The notes below the pieces were generated by a model. It was not told where the DNA came from and did no database searches. It saw only the letters and a program-made list of their open reading frames with translations. Shown piece by piece: positions 9,296-19,137 of a stretch of 64,000 nucleotides of DNA. Every line of letters starts with the position of its first letter. Position 1 is the stretch's first letter. Origin of the DNA: an uncultured Candidatus Rokubacteria bacterium. Its GTDB lineage: Bacteria > Methylomirabilota > Methylomirabilia > Rokubacteriales > CSP1-6. The DNA lies in NCBI GenBank assembly GCA_963721815.1, contig CAVRLO010000024.1:422234-486233 (forward strand). Direction: 5' to 3'. The position numbers were made by a program, and so were the translations under genes.

Positions 9296-9871
9296 ATGCA
9301 GCAAGCGGAGCGGCTGCGTCGCTGGACCCGGCACGAGTACGAGCGGCTGATCGATCTCGGGTTCCTGGACGAGGACGACCCGATCGAGCTACTCGATGGG
9401 TTGCTGTTCGTCAAGGAGCTACAGCACAGCCGACACAGGACGGCGGTGCTTCTCGTGGCGAGAGCATTGGAGCGAGCGTTCGGGGAGGGCTGGTTCGTTC
9501 AGACCCAGAGCCCGATCATTCTCGACGACCGGTCGGAGCCGGAGCCGGACGTCTGCGCCGTGCGCGGCTCGCCGCGCGACTACGTCGATGCGCACCCGAC
9601 GCGCCCGGCGCTCGTCGTCGAGGTCGCCCTGTCAGGCTTGCGGCTGGCGCGAGGGCGAAAGGCCGCGGCGTACGCCCGCGCCCGAATCGCGGACTACTGG
9701 ATCGTCAACCTGATCGATCGGGTGCTCGAGGTTCATCGCGAACCGTCGAGACCAGGTCCGGCTCGGCGGCAGTGGACCTACACGGCCTTCGAGACGCTCG
9801 GCGCCGACGCGACGATCACCCCGCTCGCCGCGCCAGCCGCCCGCATCCGCGTCGCCGATCTTCTGCCGTAG
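9296..9871 (+). CDS. Uma2-family (DUF820) putative endonuclease
   Basis: 'EPEPDVCAVRG...ADYWIVNLIDRVLEVHR'; 5 bp after the previous paralog. Confidence 0.65.
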   Translation: MQQAERLRRWTRHEYERLIDLGFLDEDDPIELLDGLLFVKELQHSRHRTAVLLVARALERAFGEGWFVQTQSPIILDDRSEPEPDVCAVRGSPRDYVDAHPTRPALVVEVALSGLRLARGRKAAAYARARIADYWIVNLIDRVLEVHREPSRPGPARRQWTYTAFETLGADATITPLAAPAARIRVADLLP

Positions 9872-9880
9872 GCGACCCCG

Positions 9881-10810
9881 CTAGAGCTTGATCCGCAGCA
9901 GCTTCGCCGCCGTCTCGCTCAGCATCGCCCGGCGATCCGCGTCACTGAAGCCCGGAGCTTTCAAGATGTGATCGATCGACTTGTCCTGCCAGGGGATCGG
10001 ATGGTCGGTCCCGATGACGAGCTGACTCACGCCGACTTCCGCCGCCAGGTGACGCAGTGCCTCCGAGGTGAAGACCAGGGTGTCGTAGTACATCTGGCGG
10101 AGATACTCGGTCGGCTTCTTCTTCAGCTTGACGCCGGTGTCCATGTCCGGCGCGACCCGCAGGCTGTTGTCCGAGCGCGGCGCGTAGGACGGCAGGAAGC
10201 CGCCGCCGTGGGCCGAGCAGATCTTGAGCCGCGGGAAGCGATCCAAGGTGCCCTCGAAGATCAGGTGCGAGAGCGCGATGGTCGTGTCCAGCGGGTTGCC
10301 GATCGTGTTCGCGAGCCAGCCGTTGCCCTGGAATCGCTTGGCCAGATCCGGCGTGCTCTGCGGATGAATGAAGATGAGCACGCCGAGCTCCTCGGCCTTG
10401 GCCCAGAACGGATGAAACTTCGCGTCGGAGAACTCGTCCCCGGCGACGCTCGCGCCGACGGCGGCGCCGCGCAGCCCGAGCCTTTTCACGCCGTCGACGA
10501 GCTGTTCGACCGCGAGATCCGGATACTGGAGCGCGACCGATGCGAAGGCCACGAAGCGGTCCGGGTACTTCCCGCAGAACTCCGCGAGCCGCGTCGTTCT
10601 GGATCTTGATCACCTGGGTCACCAGATCGCGCTCGGCCCGATACCACGCCGGGTTGATACTGAGCGCCTCCATGTCGATGCCCTGCGCGTCCATCTCCCG
10701 GATGCGCCGAGGGCCGACCTCGTCGATCCCGGGCCCGCGATGGTCTTGCACCTTGAGCCCCAGCAGCGCGTACGCCTCCGGGATCACGCAGTGCGCGTGC
10801 ACGTCGATCG
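9881..10810 (-). CDS. amidohydrolase-2 family (ACMSD-like metal-dependent hydrolase); apparent frameshift near 10590; start uncertain
   Basis: N-terminus 'KTIDVHAHCV' in the frame of ORF 9942..11003; remainder 'FVAFASVALQYPD...GTDHPIP' in the frame of ORF 9881..10552. Confidence 0.55.
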
Positions 10811-11042
10811 TCTTCACCCGGCGGCCGCCGACGACCACCTCCCGACGCCGGCCCGGCGCGGGCGCCTGGCCGCGCCGTTCGGCCGTCCGCGCGGGCGCCT
10901 TGCCTCTCGCAGCCGATCGAGCCGAGGGGCGCGCCGCGCCGCGCGCGGCAGTGACCACCTCGCAGGTCGTGAAGGAGATGTCGAATGCTGTGCTCACACT
11001 CATCGCTGTCCCCCTGGAGTCGGTCTCTTCCCGAAGCGCCGC

Positions 11043-12335
11043 CTATGATAGTCGATTCGCCCGGCTCTGCCGCGGCGACATGGCGAGCTCCGCCGGCTTG
11101 CGCTGGCACACGTCGACCGCGGTCGCGGCCAGCACACGCGTGACCCTCTCCATCTCGCTCACGAGTACGCAGGCGTCGTCCTCGTCGGCGTTGCCGCGGA
11201 TCGTCGCCGGGCCGTACAGGAGGCACGGGATGCCGGCCTTCCAGAGATGGCAGGTGTCGTCCGCGCTGTACGAGTGTGGCAGCACGGTGCCGATGGCCTT
11301 CGGCTCCGCACCGGTCACGGCGCGATAGCTCCGTGCCACCGCCTGTACGATCGGCGCGTCGGTCGGCATGTCGAACGGGTCCATCACGAGGCGCCGGCGC
11401 CCTTTGAAGCTGGCGGGCGGCGGGATCTCGATCTCGTAGCGGAGATCGGGATCCTGCGCGGCGACCGGGTCGAGCGCGCGGCGGATGTCCGCGACAATGC
11501 CGTCGACTGTTTGACCCGGCAGGAAGTGCACGTCCACCAGGATCGTGCACAGGTCCGGCACGTACGGCGGCTCGACGAGCACATAGTCCCGACCGCGGCC
11601 GCCGAGAATGCTCCCGACGTTGAGACGCGGGAATGCGGGCAGATCGGGCCGGGGCGTGTAGCGAAACTTCACGTGCTCGAGCGCTTGCACGATGGCCGTC
11701 ATCTTCTGCACGGCGTTCACGGTGCCTTCGAGCCGCCCGATGTGCCCGGTGACACCGTGCGCGTGAATTGCCATGTGCACGATGCCCGAATGCACCGTGA
11801 CGAGGTGGTCGGCGCCGAACGGCTCCGCGACCACCGCGGCGTCGGTGCGCAAGCCGCTCTGCATCAGGTAGTGCGTGCCCTCGCCGCCCTGGGTCTCGCC
11901 CGCGACACAGGCGACCATCAGGTCTCCGGCGAGCCGGACGCCGGCGCGACGGATGGCCTCGGCCGTCATGATGATGCTCGCCAGACCGCCCTTCATGTTC
12001 TGCACGCCGTGGCCGTAGAGGCGATCGCCTTCGAGGCTCGGCGTCCACGGATCACGCCGCCACCGGCGCGTGAGCGCGTTGATATCGGTGTGGCCGTTGA
12101 GCATGAGGCTGGCACCGCCGCCCGTGCCGCGCAGGGTGGCGATCGTCTGGAAGCGGCCGGGCTCGATCTCCTGCAGATCGACCTCGTAGCCGCGCCCGCG
12201 AAAGAACTCCTCGAGAAACAGGGCGACGGGCGTTTCCTCGGTCTTGAAGCTCGGGATGCGGATGAGGGCGCTGGCCAGGTCGACCAGCGCGCGCGGATCG
12301 ACGTGCGCCAGCACCGCGCGCGTCGACTCGTCCAT
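11043..12335 (-). CDS. M20-family metallopeptidase (ArgE/DapE/acetylornithine deacetylase-like)
   Basis: 430 aa from 'MDESTRAV'; 'LMLNGHTDIN...GVQNMKGG' M20 motifs; ATG overlaps the upstream stop (TGATG). Confidence 0.75.
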   Translation of the reverse strand: MDESTRAVLAHVDPRALVDLASALIRIPSFKTEETPVALFLEEFFRGRGYEVDLQEIEPGRFQTIATLRGTGGGASLMLNGHTDINALTRRWRRDPWTPSLEGDRLYGHGVQNMKGGLASIIMTAEAIRRAGVRLAGDLMVACVAGETQGGEGTHYLMQSGLRTDAAVVAEPFGADHLVTVHSGIVHMAIHAHGVTGHIGRLEGTVNAVQKMTAIVQALEHVKFRYTPRPDLPAFPRLNVGSILGGRGRDYVLVEPPYVPDLCTILVDVHFLPGQTVDGIVADIRRALDPVAAQDPDLRYEIEIPPPASFKGRRRLVMDPFDMPTDAPIVQAVARSYRAVTGAEPKAIGTVLPHSYSADDTCHLWKAGIPCLLYGPATIRGNADEDDACVLVSEMERVTRVLAATAVDVCQRKPAELAMSPRQSRANRLS

Positions 12336-13510
12336 CAGACGAAGGTGAGGGGCTCGACGTTGGCTTCGCCGCGCGCGAAGCGGCCGATGTCGAGGGGGCC
12401 GGCGTCCATGGTCACGGCGTGGCCGTGCCCGAGCATCTCGGCCATGAGCTGGCCGGCGATCGGCCCGTGCATGAAGCCGTGGCCGCTGAAGCCGGCGATG
12501 ACGTGAAGCCCGGTGACGCCGGGTACGGCGCTCACGATGCCGGTCTGGTCCGGCGTCATCTCGTAGAGGCCCGCCCACGCCCGCATCAGCTCGGCGTCGG
12601 CCAGGGCCGGCGCCCGGTGAATTGCGCGCTCGATCAGCGCGGGCTCGAGGCTCCGGTCGATCTCGGTGCTGAAGCCGTCGGGCTCGTCGCGCCGCCCGTG
12701 GCCGAGCAGGAGCCCGGGGCCCTCGCGGCGCAGGGAGAAGTTCGTGTGCGGGTCGATGATGAACGGGGTGGCCGCCGGGATGCGCGATGGCGGAAACGGC
12801 GCGGTCATGAACTTGTGGCGCCGGTGCGGGCTCACCGGGATGTCGACGCCGGCGAGCCGGCCGACGACGCCCGACCAGGCCCCGGTCGCGATGACGGTGG
12901 CGCGCGCCTCGAACGAGCCGGCTGCGGTGGCGACGCCGCGCACGCGCTCGCCGTCGCGGAGAAAGCCGTGCACCTCGTGCTGCTGCTTGATCGTCACGCC
13001 GAGATCGCGCGCGCGGGCCGCGATCGCGGTCGCGCACAGGTACGGGTCGGCGTAGCCGTCGCGTGGCGTATAGGTGGCGCCGAGGAGATCGTCGGTGTTG
13101 AGATACGGGCACAGCGAGCGAGTCGCCGCGGCGTCGAGCAGCTCGACCTGCACACCCAGGCTTCGCTGGAGCGCGACGCTGCGCCGCGCGACCGCCAGCT
13201 CGTCCTCGCTCCCGATCAGGATCAGGTAGCCGTGCTGCCGAAAGTTGGGATCGACGCCGAACTCGTCCTTGAAGCGCTCGTAGGTGACGATGCTGTGCGT
13301 CGTCAGCTCCACGCCCAGACGGTTCGCGTACTGGTGACGGATGCCGCCGCTCGCGAGCGCCGTCGAGCCCGAGCAGACGGTGTCGCGCTCGAGGACGATC
13401 ACCGGGCCCACGCCGAGCCGGGCCAGATGGTACGCCGTGCTCACGCCCATGATGCCGGCGCCGACGATCACGACTTCCGCAGTTTGCGCCACGCCGCCAC
13501 CATACGGCAA
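12335..13510 (-). CDS. FAD-dependent amine oxidoreductase (glycine oxidase / sarcosine oxidase beta / DadA-like)
   Basis: 'VVIVGAGIMGVSTAY' dinucleotide-binding motif; 391 aa. Confidence 0.75.
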   Translation of the reverse strand: MPYGGGVAQTAEVVIVGAGIMGVSTAYHLARLGVGPVIVLERDTVCSGSTALASGGIRHQYANRLGVELTTHSIVTYERFKDEFGVDPNFRQHGYLILIGSEDELAVARRSVALQRSLGVQVELLDAAATRSLCPYLNTDDLLGATYTPRDGYADPYLCATAIAARARDLGVTIKQQHEVHGFLRDGERVRGVATAAGSFEARATVIATGAWSGVVGRLAGVDIPVSPHRRHKFMTAPFPPSRIPAATPFIIDPHTNFSLRREGPGLLLGHGRRDEPDGFSTEIDRSLEPALIERAIHRAPALADAELMRAWAGLYEMTPDQTGIVSAVPGVTGLHVIAGFSGHGFMHGPIAGQLMAEMLGHGHAVTMDAGPLDIGRFARGEANVEPLTFV

Positions 13511-13624
13511 GCCTGAGCCGGGCTCAACGGCTGGTTCGAAGCCGCTTGAATCGGCACGCCAACGCGGTGATCATGGCGCGCGGCGGAGCCGGGAGATCCC
13601 GGCCCGGCGAGGGAGGGCACTTCG

Positions 13625-15022
13625 ATGGCGACGATAGATCCTGTGTGGGCAACGGTCGCGGAGCTGTCCCGCGCATTCGAGGCGCGCACCTTGTCGCCGG
13701 TCGACGCCGTCGAGGCGCTGCTCGGGCGTATCAAGCGGCGCAATCCGGCTCTCCAAGCGTTCATCGCGGTCTACGACGCCGAGGCGCGGCTGGCGGCCGA
13801 GGCCGCCGACAAGGCCATCCGCGCTGGCCATCGCGTCGGGCCGCTCCATGGCGTCCCGATCGCGCTCAAGGACCTCGTCGATCTCGAGGGCCGTGTCACC
13901 ACCGGCGGCTCGAAGGTGTGGGCCGAGCGCGTGTCGCCAGTCACCGCGACCTTGGCGCGCCGGCTCATCGCCGCCGGGATGATCGTCCTCGGCAAGACGC
14001 ACACGGTCGAGTTCGCCATGGGCAGCTGGGGCACCAACACGCACATGGGCACGCCGCGCAATCCGTGGGATCTCGCGGTCCATCGCACACCCGGCGGCTC
14101 GTCCAGCGGCTCGGGTGTTGCCGTCTCCGCCGGGCTCGCGCCGGTCGCGATCGGCACCGATACCGGCGGCTCCGTCAGGATTCCTGCGGCGTGGTGCGGC
14201 ATCGTGGGGCTCAAGGTGACGGCGGGGAGGATCAGCACGTACGGCGTCCTTCCGCTCAGCTCGACGCTCGACACGCCGGGCCCCCTCGCGCGCTCGGTCG
14301 AGGACGCGGCGTTGATCTATCGCGTACTGAACGGGGCCGATCCGCAAGACCCGCAGACCCTCGCGTGGACTCCGGTCGATCCGATGGCGACGCTCCGGCG
14401 CGGCATCGCGGGCCTGCGGCTCGCGGTCTTGCCCGACGTCGAGCGGACGGGTGTCGAGAAGGAAGTGCTCGCCGCGTACGACACCGCGGTGAACGCGCTG
14501 GCCGGGCTCGGCGCCGATATCGTGCGCGTCGAGTTTCCGCGCCGCCTGAGCGACTACGCCGCGGCCACGGGCACGATCATCGGCGCGGAGGGCTATCGAT
14601 TCGTCGGCCACCTCGTCGACGACACGGCGCTTCCCACGGACCCGCACGTGCGGCCACGCATCCAGCTCGGGAAGACCATCTCCGCGCGTGACTACTTGCT
14701 CGCCCTGGCGCAGCGAGAAGAGCACAAGCGCGAGTTCGTGGCAGCGCTGGGCAGTGTCGACGCGATCCTGACGCCGACCGCGCAGACCGCGGCGATTCCG
14801 ATCGATCGAGCGGATCAGGCGGGCACGGCGGCCCACTTCACGCGCCCCGGCAACTATCTCGGCCTCTGCGGCCTCGCGATCCCCTGCGGCTTTTCCACGC
14901 ACGACCTGCCGCTCTCTCTCCAGATCCTCTGCCATCCCGGCGAGGAAGCGACGGCGCTGCGCATCGGCTGGGCCTACGAGCAGGCCACGAGCTGGAAAGC
15001 GCGTAGACCTCCCGAGCCGTAA
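13625..15022 (+). CDS. amidase (amidase-signature family)
   Basis: 'GGSSSGSGVAVSAG...GTDTGGSVRIPAAWCG' AS-family signature. Confidence 0.8.
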   Translation: MATIDPVWATVAELSRAFEARTLSPVDAVEALLGRIKRRNPALQAFIAVYDAEARLAAEAADKAIRAGHRVGPLHGVPIALKDLVDLEGRVTTGGSKVWAERVSPVTATLARRLIAAGMIVLGKTHTVEFAMGSWGTNTHMGTPRNPWDLAVHRTPGGSSSGSGVAVSAGLAPVAIGTDTGGSVRIPAAWCGIVGLKVTAGRISTYGVLPLSSTLDTPGPLARSVEDAALIYRVLNGADPQDPQTLAWTPVDPMATLRRGIAGLRLAVLPDVERTGVEKEVLAAYDTAVNALAGLGADIVRVEFPRRLSDYAAATGTIIGAEGYRFVGHLVDDTALPTDPHVRPRIQLGKTISARDYLLALAQREEHKREFVAALGSVDAILTPTAQTAAIPIDRADQAGTAAHFTRPGNYLGLCGLAIPCGFSTHDLPLSLQILCHPGEEATALRIGWAYEQATSWKARRPPEP

Positions 15023-15125
15023 GCGGCGGCACGCGCGCTCGCGCGATCGGGCGTATCGCCCGATGTTCTCGCCCGTTGACTGATCGCCAGCGACATCCGA
15101 ACCCGCGCCTCGCCCGTAGCTTTCG

Positions 15126-15488
15126 GTGAGGAGGGCACATGCAATGAGTGCTCGCGGGACGATCGGAGCGGGGAGCGCGCTGGCGGTGGTGATGGCCGCG
15201 CTGGTCTCGGCGGCCGAGCCGACGACAGCCGTCGGCGTTCAAGTCTTCCAGTTCCAACCTGGCGCCGTCGAGATCAAGGTGGGGACCGCGGTCACGTGGA
15301 CCAACCGCGACGACATCGAGCACACGGTGACGTCCGGCGATCTCGAGCATCGCACCGGCCGCTTCGATCTTCGTCTGCGCGGCCGCGATACCACGACGAC
15401 GGTCGGCTTCAACGAACCGGGTGTCTATCCGTACTTCTGCGACCGGCACCCGTCGATGCGCGGCGAGATCCGCGTCAACCCTTCGTAA
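15126..15488 (+). CDS. cupredoxin (plastocyanin/pseudoazurin-like blue copper protein), secreted
   Basis: signal peptide; 'YFCDRHPSMRGEI' Cys-His-Met copper ligands; start could be Met 15144. Confidence 0.6.
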   Translation: MRRAHAMSARGTIGAGSALAVVMAALVSAAEPTTAVGVQVFQFQPGAVEIKVGTAVTWTNRDDIEHTVTSGDLEHRTGRFDLRLRGRDTTTTVGFNEPGVYPYFCDRHPSMRGEIRVNPS

Positions 15489-15535
15489 CCGTGTACCGCA
15501 ACACAACCGAGGTCAACCAACGAAAGGAGCGAGTG

Positions 15536-16204
15536 ATGAAAAAGCAGATGATCGCGTGGGTGGGGGCAGCGAGCGTGATGATGCTAACGGGCTGCACGCA
15601 GTCGATGGCGCAGTCGCCCGGGCACGGTGCCATGGCGGCGCCGATGTCGACGACGTCGGGCACCAAGGCGGCGCAGCTGCGCGCCGGCCTCAACAACCTT
15701 CTCTCGGAGCACGTGTACCTCGCGGGCGCGGCCACGAACGCGGCGCTCGGCGGGCGCGAGGCGGAGTTCAAGGCGGCGGCCGGAGCGCTCGACGCCAACT
15801 CCGTGGCGATCTCCAAGGCGATCGGCTCCGTGTATGGCGAGGGCGCCGAGAAGGCGTTCCTGCCGCTGTGGCGCCGCCACATCGGCTTCGTCGTCGACTA
15901 CACGGTCGGGGTCGCCAGCAACGACAAGGGCAAGCAGGACAAGGCGGTCGCCGATCTCGTGGCCTACACGCAGGACTTCGGGGCGTTCCTGAGCTCGGCC
16001 AACCCGAATCTACCCAAGTCGGTCGTCGCCGACCTGGTGAAGCATCACGTGGTCACGCTCAAGGACGTCATCGACGCGCAGGCGTCGAAGGATCCCGCGC
16101 GTGCCTACACCGCGCTGCGTAACGCGGCCGGCCACATGCAGATGATCGCCGACCCGCTGGCGGAGGCGATCGTGAAGCAGTTCCCGGACAAATTCGCCGG
16201 CTAG
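15536..16204 (+). CDS. hypothetical lipoprotein
   Basis: SD AAAGGAG; 'MMLTGC' lipobox; internal Met of ORF 15296..16204. Confidence 0.5.
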   Translation: MKKQMIAWVGAASVMMLTGCTQSMAQSPGHGAMAAPMSTTSGTKAAQLRAGLNNLLSEHVYLAGAATNAALGGREAEFKAAAGALDANSVAISKAIGSVYGEGAEKAFLPLWRRHIGFVVDYTVGVASNDKGKQDKAVADLVAYTQDFGAFLSSANPNLPKSVVADLVKHHVVTLKDVIDAQASKDPARAYTALRNAAGHMQMIADPLAEAIVKQFPDKFAG

Positions 16205-16241
16205 CAGACGGCCGATAAAGGCCCATCCGCAACGTTCATTC

Positions 16242-16262
16242 GGGGGGCCCCGACGGCCCCCT
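16242..16262 (+). terminator. GC-rich hairpin (GGGGGCC-N5-GGCCCCC) after the lipoprotein gene
   Basis: inverted repeat seen directly; no U-tract. Confidence 0.35.
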
Positions 16263-16363
16263 CCGAATCCGTCCAGAAGGTTGCGCGGGCAAAGCCCACG
16301 GTCGAAATCGGGCGCCGCCTCGCGTCTGGACCTTTCTCGGCCGCCTGCGGGCCTTTCGGCGGA

Positions 16364-16885
16364 TCAGGCCTTGGCGGGCGGGCGCGGCGTGACGTGGCCG
16401 CAGCGGCTACACGTGCGATTCGCTTCCGAGCCGTAGAATTCCTCGTAGGCGCGCGACACCGGATCCTCGCGATAGTCGGCCACCTGCTTGACGCTTTGAT
16501 GCAGCTGCGTGCCGCACTTCTCGCAGAACCACGTGAAGCGATCGCTCTCGTCCGGCCGGCGCTTGCGCTCGAGAACCAGGACGAACGCGTCGGGTGAGAA
16601 ACGCGGCGAGTGTGGCGTGCCGGCGGGACAATAGACGATCTGCCCTTCGCGGATCACCGCGATCTTCTCGTCGCCCTCCGGCGTCCGGTAGTGCAGGTTC
16701 ATGTCGCCCTTGATCATATACATCACCTCGTCGCTCGGATCGCTGTGGAACTCGCTGCGGAACTCGCGGCCCCTCGCGACGAAGGCGATGCTGTCGGGCG
16801 CCTGCCACAGGACCGTGTTGGGACGGCCCGAGGCGCGGATGGTGCTCATGACCTGACCGAGGTCGACGGCCTTCATCTCGTCCAT
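16364..16885 (-). CDS. 3-hydroxyanthranilate 3,4-dioxygenase (cupin with C-terminal rubredoxin-like CxxC..CxxC)
   Basis: 173 aa from 'MDEMKAV'; 'WFCEKCG...CSRCGH'; AAGGAG RBS. Confidence 0.65.
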   Translation of the reverse strand: MDEMKAVDLGQVMSTIRASGRPNTVLWQAPDSIAFVARGREFRSEFHSDPSDEVMYMIKGDMNLHYRTPEGDEKIAVIREGQIVYCPAGTPHSPRFSPDAFVLVLERKRRPDESDRFTWFCEKCGTQLHQSVKQVADYREDPVSRAYEEFYGSEANRTCSRCGHVTPRPPAKA

Positions 16886-16887
16886 GA

Positions 16888-18441
16888 CTACTCCTTGGTC
16901 ACGTTCTCGACGCGCAGATCGAAGCCGCTGGGATGGAGGCTGAAGCCCTTCACGTTGGCGCGTGTCGCGACCACCTGGATCTCGTGGTCCACGAAGACCC
17001 ACGGCGCGTCCTCGACGATGAGGCGTTGCGCCTTCTTGTAGAGCTCGGCGCGCCGGCCTCGGTCCGTGATCTGTCGCGCCTGGACGAGGAGCTGGTCGAC
17101 CTCGGGATTACTGTAGTTCGAGCGGTTCGGCATGGGCTGGTTCTTGGAAAAGAAAAGCGGGTACATGGACAGGTCGGGATCCTCGGACTTCAAGAACCAG
17201 GACAGCGCGAACATCGCCGGCGCATCGGAGCGCACCTTGCCGAGATAGGAGCCCCACTCGAAGGTCTTGAGCTGCGCCTTGACGCCCACCGCCGCCAGAT
17301 TCGCCTGGATCACCGTCGACATCTCGACCGGCGCCTGCATCCCGGAGCCCGACTCCGGCACCCAGAAATCCACCTCCAGGCCGTTGGGGAAGCCGGCCTC
17401 CGCGAGAAGCTTTCGGGCCGCTCCGGGGTCGTACGCGTACTTGCGGACGTTCGGCTCGAACGCCCAGGTGCCCGGGAGCAGGGGACCGACCGCCGGGATC
17501 CCGGTGCCCTTGAGGATGTCGCGGACGATCGCGTCCTTGTTCACCGCGTGGTTGAAGGCCTGGCGGACCCGGCGATCCGTGAACGGCTTCTTCTCGACGT
17601 TGAAGCCGGCGTACCACACGGTGAGGCCGGTGGCCTTGTGGACGGTGACGCCGGACGTCTTCTCCAGGCGGCCGACGAAATCGGGCGGGATCGGCAGGAT
17701 GAGATCGACGCCGCCCGTCAAGAGCTCGGACACGCGCGTGTTGGCCTCCGCGATGCCGCGATAGACGAGGACCTGGGGCTTGCCCTTGACGCCCCAGTAG
17801 TCGTCGTGACGGCGCAGCACGAGCCGGCTGCCCCGCTCCCACGACTCGAACCGGTACCGGCCGCTTCCCACCGGCTTGGTGTCGAAGTCGGCGGGCGACT
17901 TCGTGAAGGCCGTCGGGCTGACGATCGCGCAGTTCGGCAGGGCGAGCAGCGCCAGCAAGGAGCCCGTCGGGTACTTCAGGTGCAGCTGCACGGTTTGAGG
18001 ATCGAGCACCTCGACCGCTTTCACGCTCGAGAGATAGCCCGTGACGAACGTCCACTTGCCGCTCTTCGCGTGCGGGTGGGACGGGTCGATGATCCGGTCG
18101 AAGGTGAACTTGACCGCCGCGGCGTCGAGCGGCGTGCCGTCGTGGAAGCGGACGCCCTTGCGCAGCTTGAACGTCCACGTCATCCCATCGGCCGACGTGG
18201 TCCAGGACTCGGCGAGCCCTGGGATCACCTCGGTGCTGTCGGCGCGCGTGGCGACGAGCGTCTCGAAGATCTCGGCGGTGACGCGCAAGGTGTGAAGTCC
18301 GAGCGCCTGTCCGGGATCGAGGCCCGGCGGCTCGGCCTCCATGCCGACCACGAGCACGTCGCGGGGCACCTGCGCGACGGCGGGAGACGTCAGCAGCACG
18401 ACCGCGAGCAAGGTTGCGAGCACAGAAATGAAGGTCGTCAT
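16888..18441 (-). CDS. ABC transporter substrate-binding protein, family 5 (peptide/nickel/opine type)
   Basis: 517 aa with signal peptide; SBP_bac_5 pattern. Confidence 0.8.
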   Translation of the reverse strand: MTTFISVLATLLAVVLLTSPAVAQVPRDVLVVGMEAEPPGLDPGQALGLHTLRVTAEIFETLVATRADSTEVIPGLAESWTTSADGMTWTFKLRKGVRFHDGTPLDAAAVKFTFDRIIDPSHPHAKSGKWTFVTGYLSSVKAVEVLDPQTVQLHLKYPTGSLLALLALPNCAIVSPTAFTKSPADFDTKPVGSGRYRFESWERGSRLVLRRHDDYWGVKGKPQVLVYRGIAEANTRVSELLTGGVDLILPIPPDFVGRLEKTSGVTVHKATGLTVWYAGFNVEKKPFTDRRVRQAFNHAVNKDAIVRDILKGTGIPAVGPLLPGTWAFEPNVRKYAYDPGAARKLLAEAGFPNGLEVDFWVPESGSGMQAPVEMSTVIQANLAAVGVKAQLKTFEWGSYLGKVRSDAPAMFALSWFLKSEDPDLSMYPLFFSKNQPMPNRSNYSNPEVDQLLVQARQITDRGRRAELYKKAQRLIVEDAPWVFVDHEIQVVATRANVKGFSLHPSGFDLRVENVTKE

Positions 18442-18475
18442 GGCCCCTTATAGCGCCGTCGTCCGCACGGCGCAA

Positions 18476-19132
18476 TCACCGCCGCCGCAGCCGTCGCAGC
18501 TCGCCGATGGTCATGGCCGGAATGGTCACGCCGTTACCGGCCATCCACCCAGCCATCGATTGGCTGTCCGGCCACGGCGCGGTCCTGGCCATCACCCAGT
18601 CGCCTTCGAGCACGTGGTCGGGCCCCGTCACGCGAAAGACGAACGAGTCGCTCGTGATGCGCCGGGCCGACACGTCGAAGCTCGTCCGGTCCATCTCCAC
18701 CTTGCGCGAATCCCACGTCGTGGGCAAGGCACTCGCGCCGTCCGGGAACCCCTTGGCCATCAAGCTCAGCACGAGGATCACGAGGCGCGCGACCCGCGTC
18801 TGGTATTTGGCCTGGAACGCCTCGGCGTCCTGGGCGTCGTGCACGCCGAGGAACAAGAACGTGGAGTCCGGCTCGGTCATGTGCAGGAGCTTGCGCGTAC
18901 GGGAGCTGGAGAGGTCCTCGAAATAGACTTCGTAGTTCGAGAAGACCGTGAAGTTATAGGTTCCCGCGGCGTCCTCGCGGGCCGCCCTCGTCGCGCGGAG
19001 CTTGACCTGCCCGATGCAGCCCAGATCGGAGCAGGTCTTCCACGTGACGAGCGGCGGCTGCGCCACCGCGTCGGCGGCGCTCGCGAGCAGACACCCGAGC
19101 ACGACGAGCGCCTTCGGTAGTCTCGCCGGCAC
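18476..19132 (-). CDS. hypothetical secreted protein
   Basis: GTG start; signal peptide 'PARLPKALVVLGCLLASAADAVAQP'; C-terminal part of ORF 18476..19819. Confidence 0.4.
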   Translation of the reverse strand: MPARLPKALVVLGCLLASAADAVAQPPLVTWKTCSDLGCIGQVKLRATRAAREDAAGTYNFTVFSNYEVYFEDLSSSRTRKLLHMTEPDSTFLFLGVHDAQDAEAFQAKYQTRVARLVILVLSLMAKGFPDGASALPTTWDSRKVEMDRTSFDVSARRITSDSFVFRVTGPDHVLEGDWVMARTAPWPDSQSMAGWMAGNGVTIPAMTIGELRRLRRR

Positions 19133-19137
19133 TCGTG

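Noticed and set aside
10486-13112. 520 aa ORF 10486..12048 (minus) and the 689 aa extension of the M20 peptidase ORF
   Set aside because: Arg/Gly-rich artifact frames. The real genes are the amidohydrolase, the M20 peptidase (from 'MDESTRAV') and the FAD oxidase.
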